Origin: a virus
Direction: 5' to 3' (one strand)
DNA length: 64,000 nucleotides
Virus record (IMG/VR): IMGVR_UViG_3300033149_003715
Coordinates: 64,001 to 128,000 of that record
Part shown: positions 10,013-19,494 of the stretch, in pieces
Numbering within the stretch: the stretch's first letter is position 1
Layout: the number at the start of each line of letters is the position of its first letter
Position numbers and translations under genes: made by a program
The notes under the pieces: model-generated
Told to the model about the DNA's origin: nothing
Database searches by the model: none
Seen by the model: only the letters and a program-made list of their open reading frames with translations

Positions 10013-13000
10013 TCATCTAATTTCACAGGCTTTACCAGAACATTCGGATGTAGCATCAAAATTGGTATTATCCTGTTCCTCAATCATTTTGGTATAATCT
10101 ACTGCTATTAATTTTTCTTGAATGTCACAATATAATTTCCAGTTGTGTACATCTTTTAGGCAATATGTTAATTTTTTATAATTACCATCAAAATATTTTT
10201 CGGCAAATTTTTTAGCTTTTTCAATAAATCTCATTTTATTAGAAGCAGTAAGAAGTTGAGCATGTTTAATACCATTACTAAATATACCATTGCTTAATTT
10301 AGTACCAAATTGACTATCTAATAAAGCATCACATGCTGCCCATAAATTATTATCAAAGGCGTGTAATCCTAATTCAATGAGTCCAGAACACCAAATAGCA
10401 GCATCTCCATATTCTCTAATTATTTCTCTTGAATTTAAAACAGAAGTAAATGGTGCTTGTGGAAAATCTTTGTCACAAGTGGTAGAAACAAGTGTTATTC
10501 CCGCAAGACTGTCTTTATGATCATAAATATATTTTGCTACATCATCCCATTCATGGGGTAACACTACAATCGTATTCGACACGTTATGGGTTAACCAGGG
10601 TTTTATACACAACAATGGATTTTTACCATATTCTACCCAATTTTCTTGTGTACTTTGAACAATTTTCAGCATTTCGATAGCTGGTAGTTGATTTTTAGTT
10701 TTTGCACCATCTGGTATTTCTATAGGAAAACGAATAACTTGATCTGTATCTGTTGCCGAATTTAAACTTGGTTCACATGCCTGTGGATTATGTTGTTTGA
10801 AAAACTGAAACGATGTTTCTAAATGATTAGCTTGTACTGTACGCAAAAATCTTTTAGAATGGTGTGGTGATATGCTAGATGAGGTACCCAAAAAACATCC
10901 AGAATTACCATCTGGCTTGATCAACGTTGTGCGAGCAGCAGCCCCAATATTAATTCTCTTGGAAATATCTTCATTTGTATCTCGTATAATATGAGCACCT
11001 TTTTGTTGTATTTGTGGGTTAAGTGTAATTTCAACGTTTTCCATCATACCAGTCATTGATACTCCAATTAAATATTCTTGTTCAATAATTTTTTGAGATA
11101 TTTTACCAAGATATCCAGCATCAGTAAAACCAGCTTGTAGTGTTCCTATAATTGCTGCTGCTTTACAACGATTATAAAAATCTTCTTCATTTCGCAAATT
11201 ACTACAATTAATAGTGCTTAAATTACATACTGCCCAACCGGAATACTGTCTATATCTTGGGTACATGCCTACTTCACCACATGGGTTGATAACCATTTCC
11301 GTTGAATCCGTCCACAAAAACCCTGGATCGCCAAATTCTTTCGTATATTGAATAATTTTTTCAAAATCTTTAAACGTTGTAGAATCTCTTAAAAGAACAA
11401 TTGAATTGTTTGCTCGTGCTCTTTGTGGATTTTCCTTATACCATTGACCAGTCTTACACTTTATCATTTCTTCGTCGTTGTGACTAAATAAACTTAAATA
11501 TGATGAGTTATGTGTAAGCACTCCATCAGCATAAAAACAATGATTTTTTTCTACCTCAAGATCGTATACATCTTTTATGATATTAGTTTCTTCAACTTTT
11601 TGCACTATGGCAGGAATGAAATTATTTATACCTAGTTTTTGTGCTTGTGTGTATGAAATGTAATTTTTATCACCCCAAATTTTACACTTGTCTTTACTTG
11701 TTGTAGCTAATGTGCGAGGAAATACCAATTCATCTTCTATTTTATTCCATTTATAGATAGTATAATACATTGAAGCTCTAACACAATACTTTTTAAGTAA
11801 TTTAGCAACTTTGTCATCAAACACAGGAGAAACTGTTCTAACTGTATATTTGGTAAGTTTATTTTCCTTATTTGGGTATTGTGTACTTAATTTTGTTGGA
11901 ATACCTAAAGATGAATATAAAATTTGAATATCCCGAGCAAAAGAATGATATCTTGTAGATACTAAACATAATTGTTTATGTTGTCTACTTGTTTGATGAT
12001 ATATTTGATCACTTGCATCTAATACTCCAGCCAAAAACATCAATTTAATCTTCGGTTTTGCCTCAAAAATACATTGTGGTACTACAATTGTTTGACTAGG
12101 TTGCTTAAAGTGAGTTAAAAAATATTCAGCGACTTGATATTGTTCATATTCCTGTATATGTTTCTTTGTATATATTGAATCATCAGTTAAAATATATCCA
12201 AATAGCCATAATGTGTCTTTATTGAGTTTTATTTTTGGTAACTTAAATTTTCGACCACGGCATACATCTTTATTTAAAATTAAGGTATGTTGTGGTTGTA
12301 GTTGAGATGTTGGTATCCACTGAATATCTCCATACATATTTTTTGCTACTGCCCACACATGTTCTTGCGTAGAATATAATTCCCCCAAATTAGTAGTAAT
12401 CTTAATAAGCTTCCTTTTTCCGTTGTACCATTTATTTGTTACTTTTCGGTATCCATTATTTGTTTTTACCAAATCCCCGATTTTAACATCTTGAATAAGT
12501 TTATATCCATATTTCGTATAAATTTTAGTATTTTTTGGTAAACATCGTCTTTGTCCACCACTTAACACCATATCTGAAATATAGCATATAATATCGTGAG
12601 CGTCGATTGGTTTTAGTTTTTTTTGGTTATTTGTTATACACCTGTCTAACAAATTTTGAATATTTTCCAAGGCTTTTTTTAATGGTGCTGGTCCGGGGGC
12701 TTTTCCAGTACCAGAACTTAAATACGATCCTTCTGGTCTAATGTGGGAAAAATCAAATTTAACATTACACATATAATAGTCTGGGAATACTGGATCTTCA
12801 AAATATGATGAAAGCAAAACCCCAACAGCATCTGCCCATCCCTCAATAGTATCTGGAATAATATATGTTTTTTCTTTAATTTTAGATTTATCTGCTATAT
12901 CTTGGGGGAGTTTAGCAAATTCTGGTAATTGTTTGATATGATGTTTTTGTATAGAAATACCACAACCAGCACCAACTAACAACATCCACGCAATTTCCTG

Positions 13001-13327
13001 AAAAACTCTTAATCTATCACAGTATGAAGCACTACAATTATAACAACGCATATTTTTCTTGAGCATTGATTGTCCGGCATGTTGTAAACATCTTTGACTA
13101 CCCAATACTCTTTTTTGTTTCATTAAACGATATGCCCATTTAATTTCTGTTTTTAATTTTGGATCTTGTTCAAAAAATGGAGCATATTTTACCAACATCA
13201 TATCAAGTACACGTGCTATTGCTTCCTCCCAAGTTTCACGACGTTTTTTGTCTGGTAACCAACGAGCATATTTAGATACAAAAGTGTATTTTTGCAATTC
13301 CTTTAAGGGTGTAAGAGGTTTGGTCAT
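10013..13327 (-). CDS. nrdJ: adenosylcobalamin-dependent (class II) ribonucleotide reductase, intein-containing
   Basis: SKYARW..RRETW, YNC, GGQRR/S, NPCGE, CNL, IKP.G, C-terminal CSGKACE. Confidence 0.93.
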   Translation of the reverse strand: MTKPLTPLKELQKYTFVSKYARWLPDKKRRETWEEAIARVLDMMLVKYAPFFEQDPKLKTEIKWAYRLMKQKRVLGSQRCLQHAGQSMLKKNMRCYNCSASYCDRLRVFQEIAWMLLVGAGCGISIQKHHIKQLPEFAKLPQDIADKSKIKEKTYIIPDTIEGWADAVGVLLSSYFEDPVFPDYYMCNVKFDFSHIRPEGSYLSSGTGKAPGPAPLKKALENIQNLLDRCITNNQKKLKPIDAHDIICYISDMVLSGGQRRCLPKNTKIYTKYGYKLIQDVKIGDLVKTNNGYRKVTNKWYNGKRKLIKITTNLGELYSTQEHVWAVAKNMYGDIQWIPTSQLQPQHTLILNKDVCRGRKFKLPKIKLNKDTLWLFGYILTDDSIYTKKHIQEYEQYQVAEYFLTHFKQPSQTIVVPQCIFEAKPKIKLMFLAGVLDASDQIYHQTSRQHKQLCLVSTRYHSFARDIQILYSSLGIPTKLSTQYPNKENKLTKYTVRTVSPVFDDKVAKLLKKYCVRASMYYTIYKWNKIEDELVFPRTLATTSKDKCKIWGDKNYISYTQAQKLGINNFIPAIVQKVEETNIIKDVYDLEVEKNHCFYADGVLTHNSSYLSLFSHNDEEMIKCKTGQWYKENPQRARANNSIVLLRDSTTFKDFEKIIQYTKEFGDPGFLWTDSTEMVINPCGEVGMYPRYRQYSGWAVCNLSTINCSNLRNEEDFYNRCKAAAIIGTLQAGFTDAGYLGKISQKIIEQEYLIGVSMTGMMENVEITLNPQIQQKGAHIIRDTNEDISKRINIGAAARTTLIKPDGNSGCFLGTSSSISPHHSKRFLRTVQANHLETSFQFFKQHNPQACEPSLNSATDTDQVIRFPIEIPDGAKTKNQLPAIEMLKIVQSTQENWVEYGKNPLLCIKPWLTHNVSNTIVVLPHEWDDVAKYIYDHKDSLAGITLVSTTCDKDFPQAPFTSVLNSREIIREYGDAAIWCSGLIELGLHAFDNNLWAACDALLDSQFGTKLSNGIFSNGIKHAQLLTASNKMRFIEKAKKFAEKYFDGNYKKLTYCLKDVHNWKLYCDIQEKLIAVDYTKMIEEQDNTNFDATSECSGKACEIR
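11507..12544 (-). mobile_element. intein (346 aa) with degenerate LAGLIDADG endonuclease
   Basis: starts CLPKNT (Cys262), T.EH block B, VYDLEV block F, ends THN followed by Ser; FLAGVLDASD motif. Confidence 0.9.
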
Positions 13328-13336
13328 TACGTTTTC

Positions 13337-13597
13337 CTATATATTTGATTCTTTTGAATAAATTTGATTAAGTATTTTTGTTGCTTGTTCTGCTGTAGGT
13401 AATTTATTTATATTAACAGATTTTTTCTTTCGTTTAGGCACTTGATGTTTAAACCAAAAAGACGCTAATTTTGCTGGTGAATTTGTTTTAATTGATTTTT
13501 GTTTATTGGTTGGATTGCCTTCGTGATCTTTAATCCATAATGTTAGTTCATACATGAAACTATTTTGAGGCTGTTGAAAATCAAATCTATTTAACAT
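13337..13597 (-). CDS. hypothetical protein
   Basis: 86-aa ORF with AAGGA RBS. Confidence 0.55.
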   Translation of the reverse strand: MLNRFDFQQPQNSFMYELTLWIKDHEGNPTNKQKSIKTNSPAKLASFWFKHQVPKRKKKSVNINKLPTAEQATKILNQIYSKESNI

Positions 13598-13606
13598 AAT
13601 ATTTCC

Positions 13607-14116
13607 TTAGTTATATTTAATTTCTCTTATTGATATTCCTGTAACATATTTAAATACTTCTATTTTAGCTTGATATTTTTGATCTTCCATCATTTTTGAT
13701 TTTTGACCTGCATGAACTATATATCTAATACCTACTTGCCACATTAACAAAAGACAATTTAAACAAGGGTGACCAGTAACATATGCTGTACAATTTTGGG
13801 TAGATTTACCTTGTCTAGCACAACTATATACTGCATTTGCTTCTGCGTGGATCATCCAGTCGTATTTGTCTGGTCTTGTATTTGGCAAGAGTTTATCGTT
13901 AATCCGACGTGGTAATCCATTATAGCCAGTTGATATAATTTCATTATCTTTATTAACCAATACACATCCATGTTTAGTTTGTGTGTCATGGCTTCTTATA
14001 GCACATTTAAAGGCTATGTCAATAAAAAAATGATCCCATGATATTCGATCAACTGGAACATGGTTGTTTTGATATGATATAAGTAGATTTTCGGCTTGTG
14101 TAGATAATGTTGTCAT
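13607..14116 (-). CDS. dCMP deaminase
   Basis: WD..F, RS.D..T..GC, STGYNG, HAEANA, PCLNC. Confidence 0.9.
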   Translation of the reverse strand: MTTLSTQAENLLISYQNNHVPVDRISWDHFFIDIAFKCAIRSHDTQTKHGCVLVNKDNEIISTGYNGLPRRINDKLLPNTRPDKYDWMIHAEANAVYSCARQGKSTQNCTAYVTGHPCLNCLLLMWQVGIRYIVHAGQKSKMMEDQKYQAKIEVFKYVTGISIREIKYN

Positions 14117-14158
14117 ATAGAAAGGTTACAAATATGAGACTTGTTGATTTATTACAAC

Positions 14159-14189
14159 ATTATAATACCATATTCAAGGCAAAAGTCAA
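14159..14189 (-). promoter_or_regulatory. sigma70-like promoter
   Basis: minus strand TTGACT then TGG-TATTAT (16 nt spacer) or TATAAT (19 nt), upstream of dCMP deaminase. Confidence 0.55.
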
Positions 14190-14207
14190 GTACTAATTAT
14201 TTTGAGA

Positions 14208-14882
14208 TCAATCATCCCATACGGGTGTAAATAGATAATTTAAGGCAGGAGAAAAAGCTAAATCACCGGGTTTTGTATAAGAATCTGCTAAATTTTTTAC
14301 AAGATCAAAATTGTGAACATTAAAACAATATGCAATTGATGTACTACATACCGGAGCTACTACATTGTATGATCTGTCGTCAGTAACTTTGTTTATATTA
14401 TAGAATAACCGTAATCCTGGAATATAATTTTGTATAAATCTTAATATTCGCTTTAAACCATATGGCAAACCTGTAAGTTGTCTCATAGTATCTGTAATTG
14501 ATTTATTTTTAAGATATAACATTCTTTTTGAAAAAAAATTATATTTAGGGTCATACGTGTATCTTGGAAAAGATGAAGATGGTCGATAAATATCAATAAG
14601 TCCAGAGTTATTTTTAACTTCTCTGTCGAAGTTTTTAATAATACCACCGGCACCAACATTAAATTCAATAAGTTCTAATATTGGTGATAAACTATTTGCT
14701 TCTATAGTTTTTATATTACCATTATGCCATGACAAAAGAGCAGCATGACTATATGGACTTCTAGTAAATTTTTGAACAATTTTAGCAAAAAGATTCTTAC
14801 TACGCCATAATGTTATATCAGCTTCCTCGATTAGGTGGCGAACTTGAGAATATGGTACAAATATACGATCTGAAGATTTCAT
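14208..14882 (-). CDS. permuted papain-like amidase (YiiX/YaeF, NlpC/P60 permuted)
   Basis: D.TL, SPYSHAAL (His), G.PY, VCST (Cys), PGDL. Confidence 0.75.
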   Translation of the reverse strand: MKSSDRIFVPYSQVRHLIEEADITLWRSKNLFAKIVQKFTRSPYSHAALLSWHNGNIKTIEANSLSPILELIEFNVGAGGIIKNFDREVKNNSGLIDIYRPSSSFPRYTYDPKYNFFSKRMLYLKNKSITDTMRQLTGLPYGLKRILRFIQNYIPGLRLFYNINKVTDDRSYNVVAPVCSTSIAYCFNVHNFDLVKNLADSYTKPGDLAFSPALNYLFTPVWDD

Positions 14883-15286
14883 GGAGATGATGAGTTATAT
14901 TTATTCAAAATTGTCTCAAAAGTCTGTAATTTATTTTCAATATTTTGTTGAATATATTTCTGTTCTTTTAATTGTTGGCAAATTGCCTCCAAACGTTCTG
15001 AAAATGCTTTATCTCTTAATAATTGTACCTGTTTTTGAGTTTCAATATAATGTCGTAAATCTACTTCTAATATTTTAGTTTCTTGAGTTATATTTTCTAC
15101 TTTTTTAATAGCATCTGCCGAATTTGTTGCGGCTGCACTTGCTCGACTTTCCGAATATGTTACCAACCCTAAAAACAGTGTGCATATACCAATGACTACA
15201 GAAATAAATAATACACATACCCATTTAGGTAAATGTAATTTGTTTTTACATTCTTCAATAGTTACATATTTTGGTACTGGTGTCAT
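14879..15286 (-). CDS. single-TM coiled-coil membrane protein
   Basis: hydrophobic segment aa ~22-43 followed by coiled coil. Confidence 0.6.
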   Translation of the reverse strand: MTPVPKYVTIEECKNKLHLPKWVCVLFISVVIGICTLFLGLVTYSESRASAAATNSADAIKKVENITQETKILEVDLRHYIETQKQVQLLRDKAFSERLEAICQQLKEQKYIQQNIENKLQTFETILNKYNSSSP

Positions 15287-15310
15287 TCTATACTCCTGTT
15301 GGTTAAAATT

Positions 15311-15362
15311 AAAAAGCGTGGAGTTAAATGCACATTATAAAATAAGAAACAACTCCACGCTT
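15311..15362 (-). terminator. Rho-independent terminator with long loop
   Basis: perfect 12-bp IR AAGCGTGGAGTT/AACTCCACGCTT, 25-nt loop, U-tract on minus strand. Confidence 0.65.
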
Positions 15363-15380
15363 CATTGCGTTGAATAAGAG

Positions 15381-16013
15381 TTAGAATGAATATTTAGGTT
15401 TATATGCATCTTGGAATGGCATATTACCAGAACCAAAATGATATGCTAATTCACCTGGTACTTCACCACTTGGAATTGCAGCGTGATCTGCTAAGCCAAC
15501 GTTTGTGAATCGTGAATTTACAATATCGTAAACACCACTATTAACACTTTCTGGTTTATTTGCATCCCATGTGCCTGTAACTTGATTCCATTGATTAGCT
15601 CGTAGTGCAGTAGCAACTTGTGTATTACGTAGTGCTTCTACTTTATGAATTAATCTGCGATCTCCAAAATCAGCAGCACCAGAACGTAATGTGGTATCAG
15701 AAGTACCAGCAATATATTCTGTATTTGAACCACCACGCATCATAATATAGCGGTTTTCAGTCATGGTGGCAAAATTGCGACCACTAATGGCCATTTCACG
15801 AATATCTACCGTTTGTACAACGGTGCTTCCAAAAACATCGTTCATAGCATATGCTCTGGCCGCATTATCTAACAATGAAGTATCGCTACCAAGTCCTAAA
15901 GCAGCACCACCAGTTACACTTGGTTGATTAGAACTTGTAATTGCTGAACCGGCTGTGTCAAAATAGTCATTACCGCGACTGGGATTTACAATTAGATAAT
16001 TAAAATCTGACAT
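15381..16013 (-). CDS. hypothetical protein, possible virion protein
   Basis: G/A/S/T-rich composition unlike neighbours; own RBS, upstream motif and terminator. Confidence 0.6.
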   Translation of the reverse strand: MSDFNYLIVNPSRGNDYFDTAGSAITSSNQPSVTGGAALGLGSDTSLLDNAARAYAMNDVFGSTVVQTVDIREMAISGRNFATMTENRYIMMRGGSNTEYIAGTSDTTLRSGAADFGDRRLIHKVEALRNTQVATALRANQWNQVTGTWDANKPESVNSGVYDIVNSRFTNVGLADHAAIPSGEVPGELAYHFGSGNMPFQDAYKPKYSF

Positions 16014-16084
16014 ATTAAATTAACCTCATAAAAGCATTTTTTATATCCTACACGTCCTAAAAATAATTCCCATGTCTAATATAG

Positions 16085-16102
16085 TATACACTAAATATTA
16101 TT
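16085..16102 (-). promoter_or_regulatory. putative phage-specific promoter (AATAATATTT-N-GTGTATA)
   Basis: same motif at 24801..24820, related motif at 50358..50366. Confidence 0.4.
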
Positions 16103-16126
16103 TTCTCTTGATATTTTTTGTTAAAT

Positions 16127-16795
16127 TTAGTATTTTGCTCTGATTTGATATAAATCTTGATATCCTTCATCTCCTAAAACTGCGTCTGCGAATCCATACC
16201 GTACAGCTTCTCTAGCAGTCATGTACCAGTCCTCTTTTTTATCCATTTTGTCTTTAAGAAATTTTTTGATTTTATCTATATTCCAATTTTTAAAATATTG
16301 TCCTCCGCAACATTTTTCGGCATAAATATTTAGCATTTCTTGTGTGGATTTGTTATTCCATTCAATTTCTGTAGTAACTTGTTTATTAGTTCCTTGTGTG
16401 GAAATAAAACCTTCGTGAATCATAAATAAACAATTTTGGGTTAAAACTCTGTATGTTGCTGCTTGTGGAATTAAACTTGACATTGATCTTGCATGTGCAT
16501 ATGATAAAACCGTTGTGGGGGCTTCACTCATTTTTAATGCATCGTACATTGCCATTCCATATTCCCAAGAACCTCCACATGTCATCATATGAATCAAAAT
16601 ATCATCTTTACCAAAATTATTTAAAATTCTTAAATTCCTAATAAATAATGACGCAACATTAAAATCAATATCTTCTGTGTTATCTGATGGTCGCACAAAT
16701 ATGTCACGATTTTCAATGTCTATACCATAATAATGTATTTCTTCAATAGCTTGAGATTTTTGTGTTCTAGTTAACCTTTTCATTGTTGTGTTCAT
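16127..16795 (-). CDS. clpP: ClpP-like serine protease
   Basis: GGS...GMAMYD, ARSMSS (catalytic Ser), FMIHEG, D.YMTA.EA..YGFAD. Confidence 0.85.
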   Translation of the reverse strand: MNTTMKRLTRTQKSQAIEEIHYYGIDIENRDIFVRPSDNTEDIDFNVASLFIRNLRILNNFGKDDILIHMMTCGGSWEYGMAMYDALKMSEAPTTVLSYAHARSMSSLIPQAATYRVLTQNCLFMIHEGFISTQGTNKQVTTEIEWNNKSTQEMLNIYAEKCCGGQYFKNWNIDKIKKFLKDKMDKKEDWYMTAREAVRYGFADAVLGDEGYQDLYQIRAKY

Positions 16796-17240
16796 TATTT
16801 TTTTTATTTGAAAGATATTTATTTACTGCGACTGCAATTGAATTCATTACATTTCGTGGCACAAACAATTTTCCAATACCAACCCTCATACGATATCTGG
16901 TATATATATCAAGAGTTTCTACTCCATCTATTTTATTAATGATGTGCAGTATATTATTATCTAGATCAAAATTACAGTGCCCAATCCAAAAATTAAACAA
17001 TTTACCAGGAGTAGTTTGTTCTGTTAATGGAACTACACCATTTGGAGTAGAAAGAAGGCTCACTTTAGGGTTTTGTTCGCTATTATTTGGTATATTATCA
17101 TTGTATGAACTATCATATTCATCGTCTTGATTAAAATTTTTTACTAATTCAGAGTATGGATCTTGCCATTTTTCCCATGCAATCATAAACTTCTGCTTAT
17201 TATATTCGATATTTTTGGTTTGCATTTTATGTAATATCAT
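16767..17240 (-). CDS. hypothetical protein
   Basis: 157-aa ORF in packed operon. Confidence 0.6.
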   Translation of the reverse strand: MILHKMQTKNIEYNKQKFMIAWEKWQDPYSELVKNFNQDDEYDSSYNDNIPNNSEQNPKVSLLSTPNGVVPLTEQTTPGKLFNFWIGHCNFDLDNNILHIINKIDGVETLDIYTRYRMRVGIGKLFVPRNVMNSIAVAVNKYLSNKKNNEHNNEKVN

Positions 17241-17940
17241 TAAAAATTATAGGGATATTATTTTGTAACTCTTTTAATAATGGTTGCATTATTTCACGCA
17301 TTTGTGGATGTGCAGCACGAGATGTTCTTAATGCTAAAATATGTCTCCATTCTCTTAAATTTGCTGTACAAACAATTTCTGTTTTTAGTGCGTGTGGTAA
17401 AACAGAACGTGCTTGTTGTGGTGACCAATTATTGTTCAATAAATTATTATATATTAAAGAAGAAGAAAATAAGGACGATAACCAGTCGTATGTATTATCA
17501 TCAATATCATTTCTAGACAAAAAACTACCATCACGATGCACATTACCGCTTAAACTTTGTTGATATTTACCCGGTAATAAATTAACCCAAGGTGGAATAA
17601 TAAATGTAATATTGTTATTGTATCTACAATACCTTGTACTTTCCACAGAATAAGAAGCTAATCTATGCCGTGTTAATTCTGCTAAAAATCCTCTATCTAC
17701 TATAAATTTTACTGATAAATTGATATGTTCAATAACAGATAAATGTCCTATTTTGATAATTTTTTCTACAAAATTTAAATAAGAATCAGTTGTTATTTTA
17801 TATTCAGATTTATAACATGTACGAGCCGCATATTCAATTAATTTCAGGGCTTGTATACCCCATTGTTTCAGATCCGAATCAGGATGTATGATTTGATAAA
17901 ATGGTTTGATTAAATATATCTCGCTTATTGTATGTCGCAT
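17227..17940 (-). CDS. thyX: FAD-dependent thymidylate synthase
   Basis: GHLSVIEH, ELTRHRLASYSVESTRY signature, QARSVLP, NLREWRH..LR. Confidence 0.95.
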   Translation of the reverse strand: MRHTISEIYLIKPFYQIIHPDSDLKQWGIQALKLIEYAARTCYKSEYKITTDSYLNFVEKIIKIGHLSVIEHINLSVKFIVDRGFLAELTRHRLASYSVESTRYCRYNNNITFIIPPWVNLLPGKYQQSLSGNVHRDGSFLSRNDIDDNTYDWLSSLFSSSLIYNNLLNNNWSPQQARSVLPHALKTEIVCTANLREWRHILALRTSRAAHPQMREIMQPLLKELQNNIPIIFNDIT

Positions 17941-17984
17941 ATTACTAACACCTTTTATTTATATATTATCTATATTCATGTAAT

Positions 17985-18383
17985 TTAATCAACAAAGGTA
18001 AAGTTTGTCGATGTTGGTGTTGTTAAAGCAGATAATGGCGATATAACAGGATGTGTATTTGCTGTTTTATCAGCAGTTTCCCAGCTTTTCAAAACATTCT
18101 GCACAAAGCTTTTAAGTAAAATATTTTGACTATTATGCGATAATATTCTGTTTTTAATACCATCATCTAAACAACCATTTGTTATATAATATATCAATTC
18201 TCCCAAATATTTAGCTACATCTTGATTAGCTAATATCCACTCACAATCTATATGTATTTTACCATTAAGCAATAATGTGAAACTAACATTGGCAACTGGT
18301 GTTAATTCTGGGGGTAAATTTTGTAATTCTTGTTTATCTAATTGATCTGAAGATTCTTGTTGGTTTGTATTATTTGTTGTCAT
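17985..18383 (-). CDS. hypothetical protein
   Basis: 132-aa ORF. Confidence 0.55.
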   Translation of the reverse strand: MTTNNTNQQESSDQLDKQELQNLPPELTPVANVSFTLLLNGKIHIDCEWILANQDVAKYLGELIYYITNGCLDDGIKNRILSHNSQNILLKSFVQNVLKSWETADKTANTHPVISPLSALTTPTSTNFTFVD

Positions 18384-18392
18384 ATTTTACCC

Positions 18393-18704
18393 TTAAGCTA
18401 CTAGATGTTTTGATGCCTGTACCCAATTGTATCCATGATTTAATTTAGTTTCTAAAGGAATCATACACTTATAAACAATGTATAAATTTTCATTTATTGT
18501 TGATACTTCATACAATTCTGGGTTAACCCATGCAATATCTAGATCTACACATTGTTCAAATAATTCCGTTAACGTATGATATATACTCTTATCGGTTAAT
18601 AAAATTTCTGGTTGATTGCCGTTATCATTGCCAACAAAATACATGGAACCGTTTTGCAAATTTACACCAATGATTGTTAATTTAATTTTAACTATGTATT
18701 TCAT
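18393..18704 (-). CDS. hypothetical protein
   Basis: 103-aa ORF overlapping upstream stop. Confidence 0.55.
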   Translation of the reverse strand: MKYIVKIKLTIIGVNLQNGSMYFVGNDNGNQPEILLTDKSIYHTLTELFEQCVDLDIAWVNPELYEVSTINENLYIVYKCMIPLETKLNHGYNWVQASKHLVA

Positions 18705-19272
18705 CTTGATAGTGTTTTCTAAGTTTTCTTATGGCTTTTTTGTATGTATATTCGACAGCAGACTTGGTTATACCAAATTTTGCACCAATGGCTTGAAATG
18801 TTAGGTTATCAACGTGATACATATGTACATATTGGCGTTCTCGTGTGGTTAATAGTTGGGATTGTAATAATTCCTCAATAGTTTCTTGCTTAATGATATG
18901 ATCTAATGGTGTTTTGTTCTGAATAAATGTAAAATGATAATTGTTTGGTTGAACATCTTTGCAATTAAAGTAATTATGTATAATTTTTTTAAGTACCCAA
19001 TATACTTTTTGGTACCTATAAGCAGATTTGGTTGTATTATTACAACGTTTTTCTTCCCATGTCCAATCCGCCATCATAATTGCCGTAGCTACATTACCCA
19101 CAATATCATCACTATTTAACATAATATTTCTTAAGTATGAGCAATGCTTTGTAGTAAAATAATTAATACATCGTCTTGATAAATTCAAATATATTGATAA
19201 GGGCTCAAATTCATCATTTGTTTTGGTGGGTTTAGATTTACGTGGATTTTTTATGGCAGTTAAATCAATCAT
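18688..19272 (-). CDS. RNA polymerase sigma-factor-like protein
   Basis: region-4 HTH LT.RERQYV.M....LTFQAIG..FGITKSAV.....KAIRKLR; weak region-2-like segment. Confidence 0.75.
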   Translation of the reverse strand: MIDLTAIKNPRKSKPTKTNDEFEPLSIYLNLSRRCINYFTTKHCSYLRNIMLNSDDIVGNVATAIMMADWTWEEKRCNNTTKSAYRYQKVYWVLKKIIHNYFNCKDVQPNNYHFTFIQNKTPLDHIIKQETIEELLQSQLLTTRERQYVHMYHVDNLTFQAIGAKFGITKSAVEYTYKKAIRKLRKHYQDEIHS

Positions 19273-19276
19273 ATAT

Positions 19277-19471
19277 TTATCTTTTGTGTGTTTTTGTTTT
19301 ATTTCTGATTCTTTCTATTTCAATCATTAGACCTTTTTCAATTATAGCCGACGATGTTGGTGAACATTGTAGTTTTTCAGCTTCAGATAAAGCCCAATCT
19401 GGAACTTTACCGTTTGGCCAAATACCAGTAGTTTTTAATGTTTTGATGTCATCGTATTCACTCATTATCAT
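19277..19471 (-). CDS. hypothetical protein
   Basis: small ORF with AGGAG RBS. Confidence 0.5.
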   Translation of the reverse strand: MIMSEYDDIKTLKTTGIWPNGKVPDWALSEAEKLQCSPTSSAIIEKGLMIEIERIRNKTKTHKR

Positions 19472-19494
19472 ACTCCTAAGATTATTCTCATATT

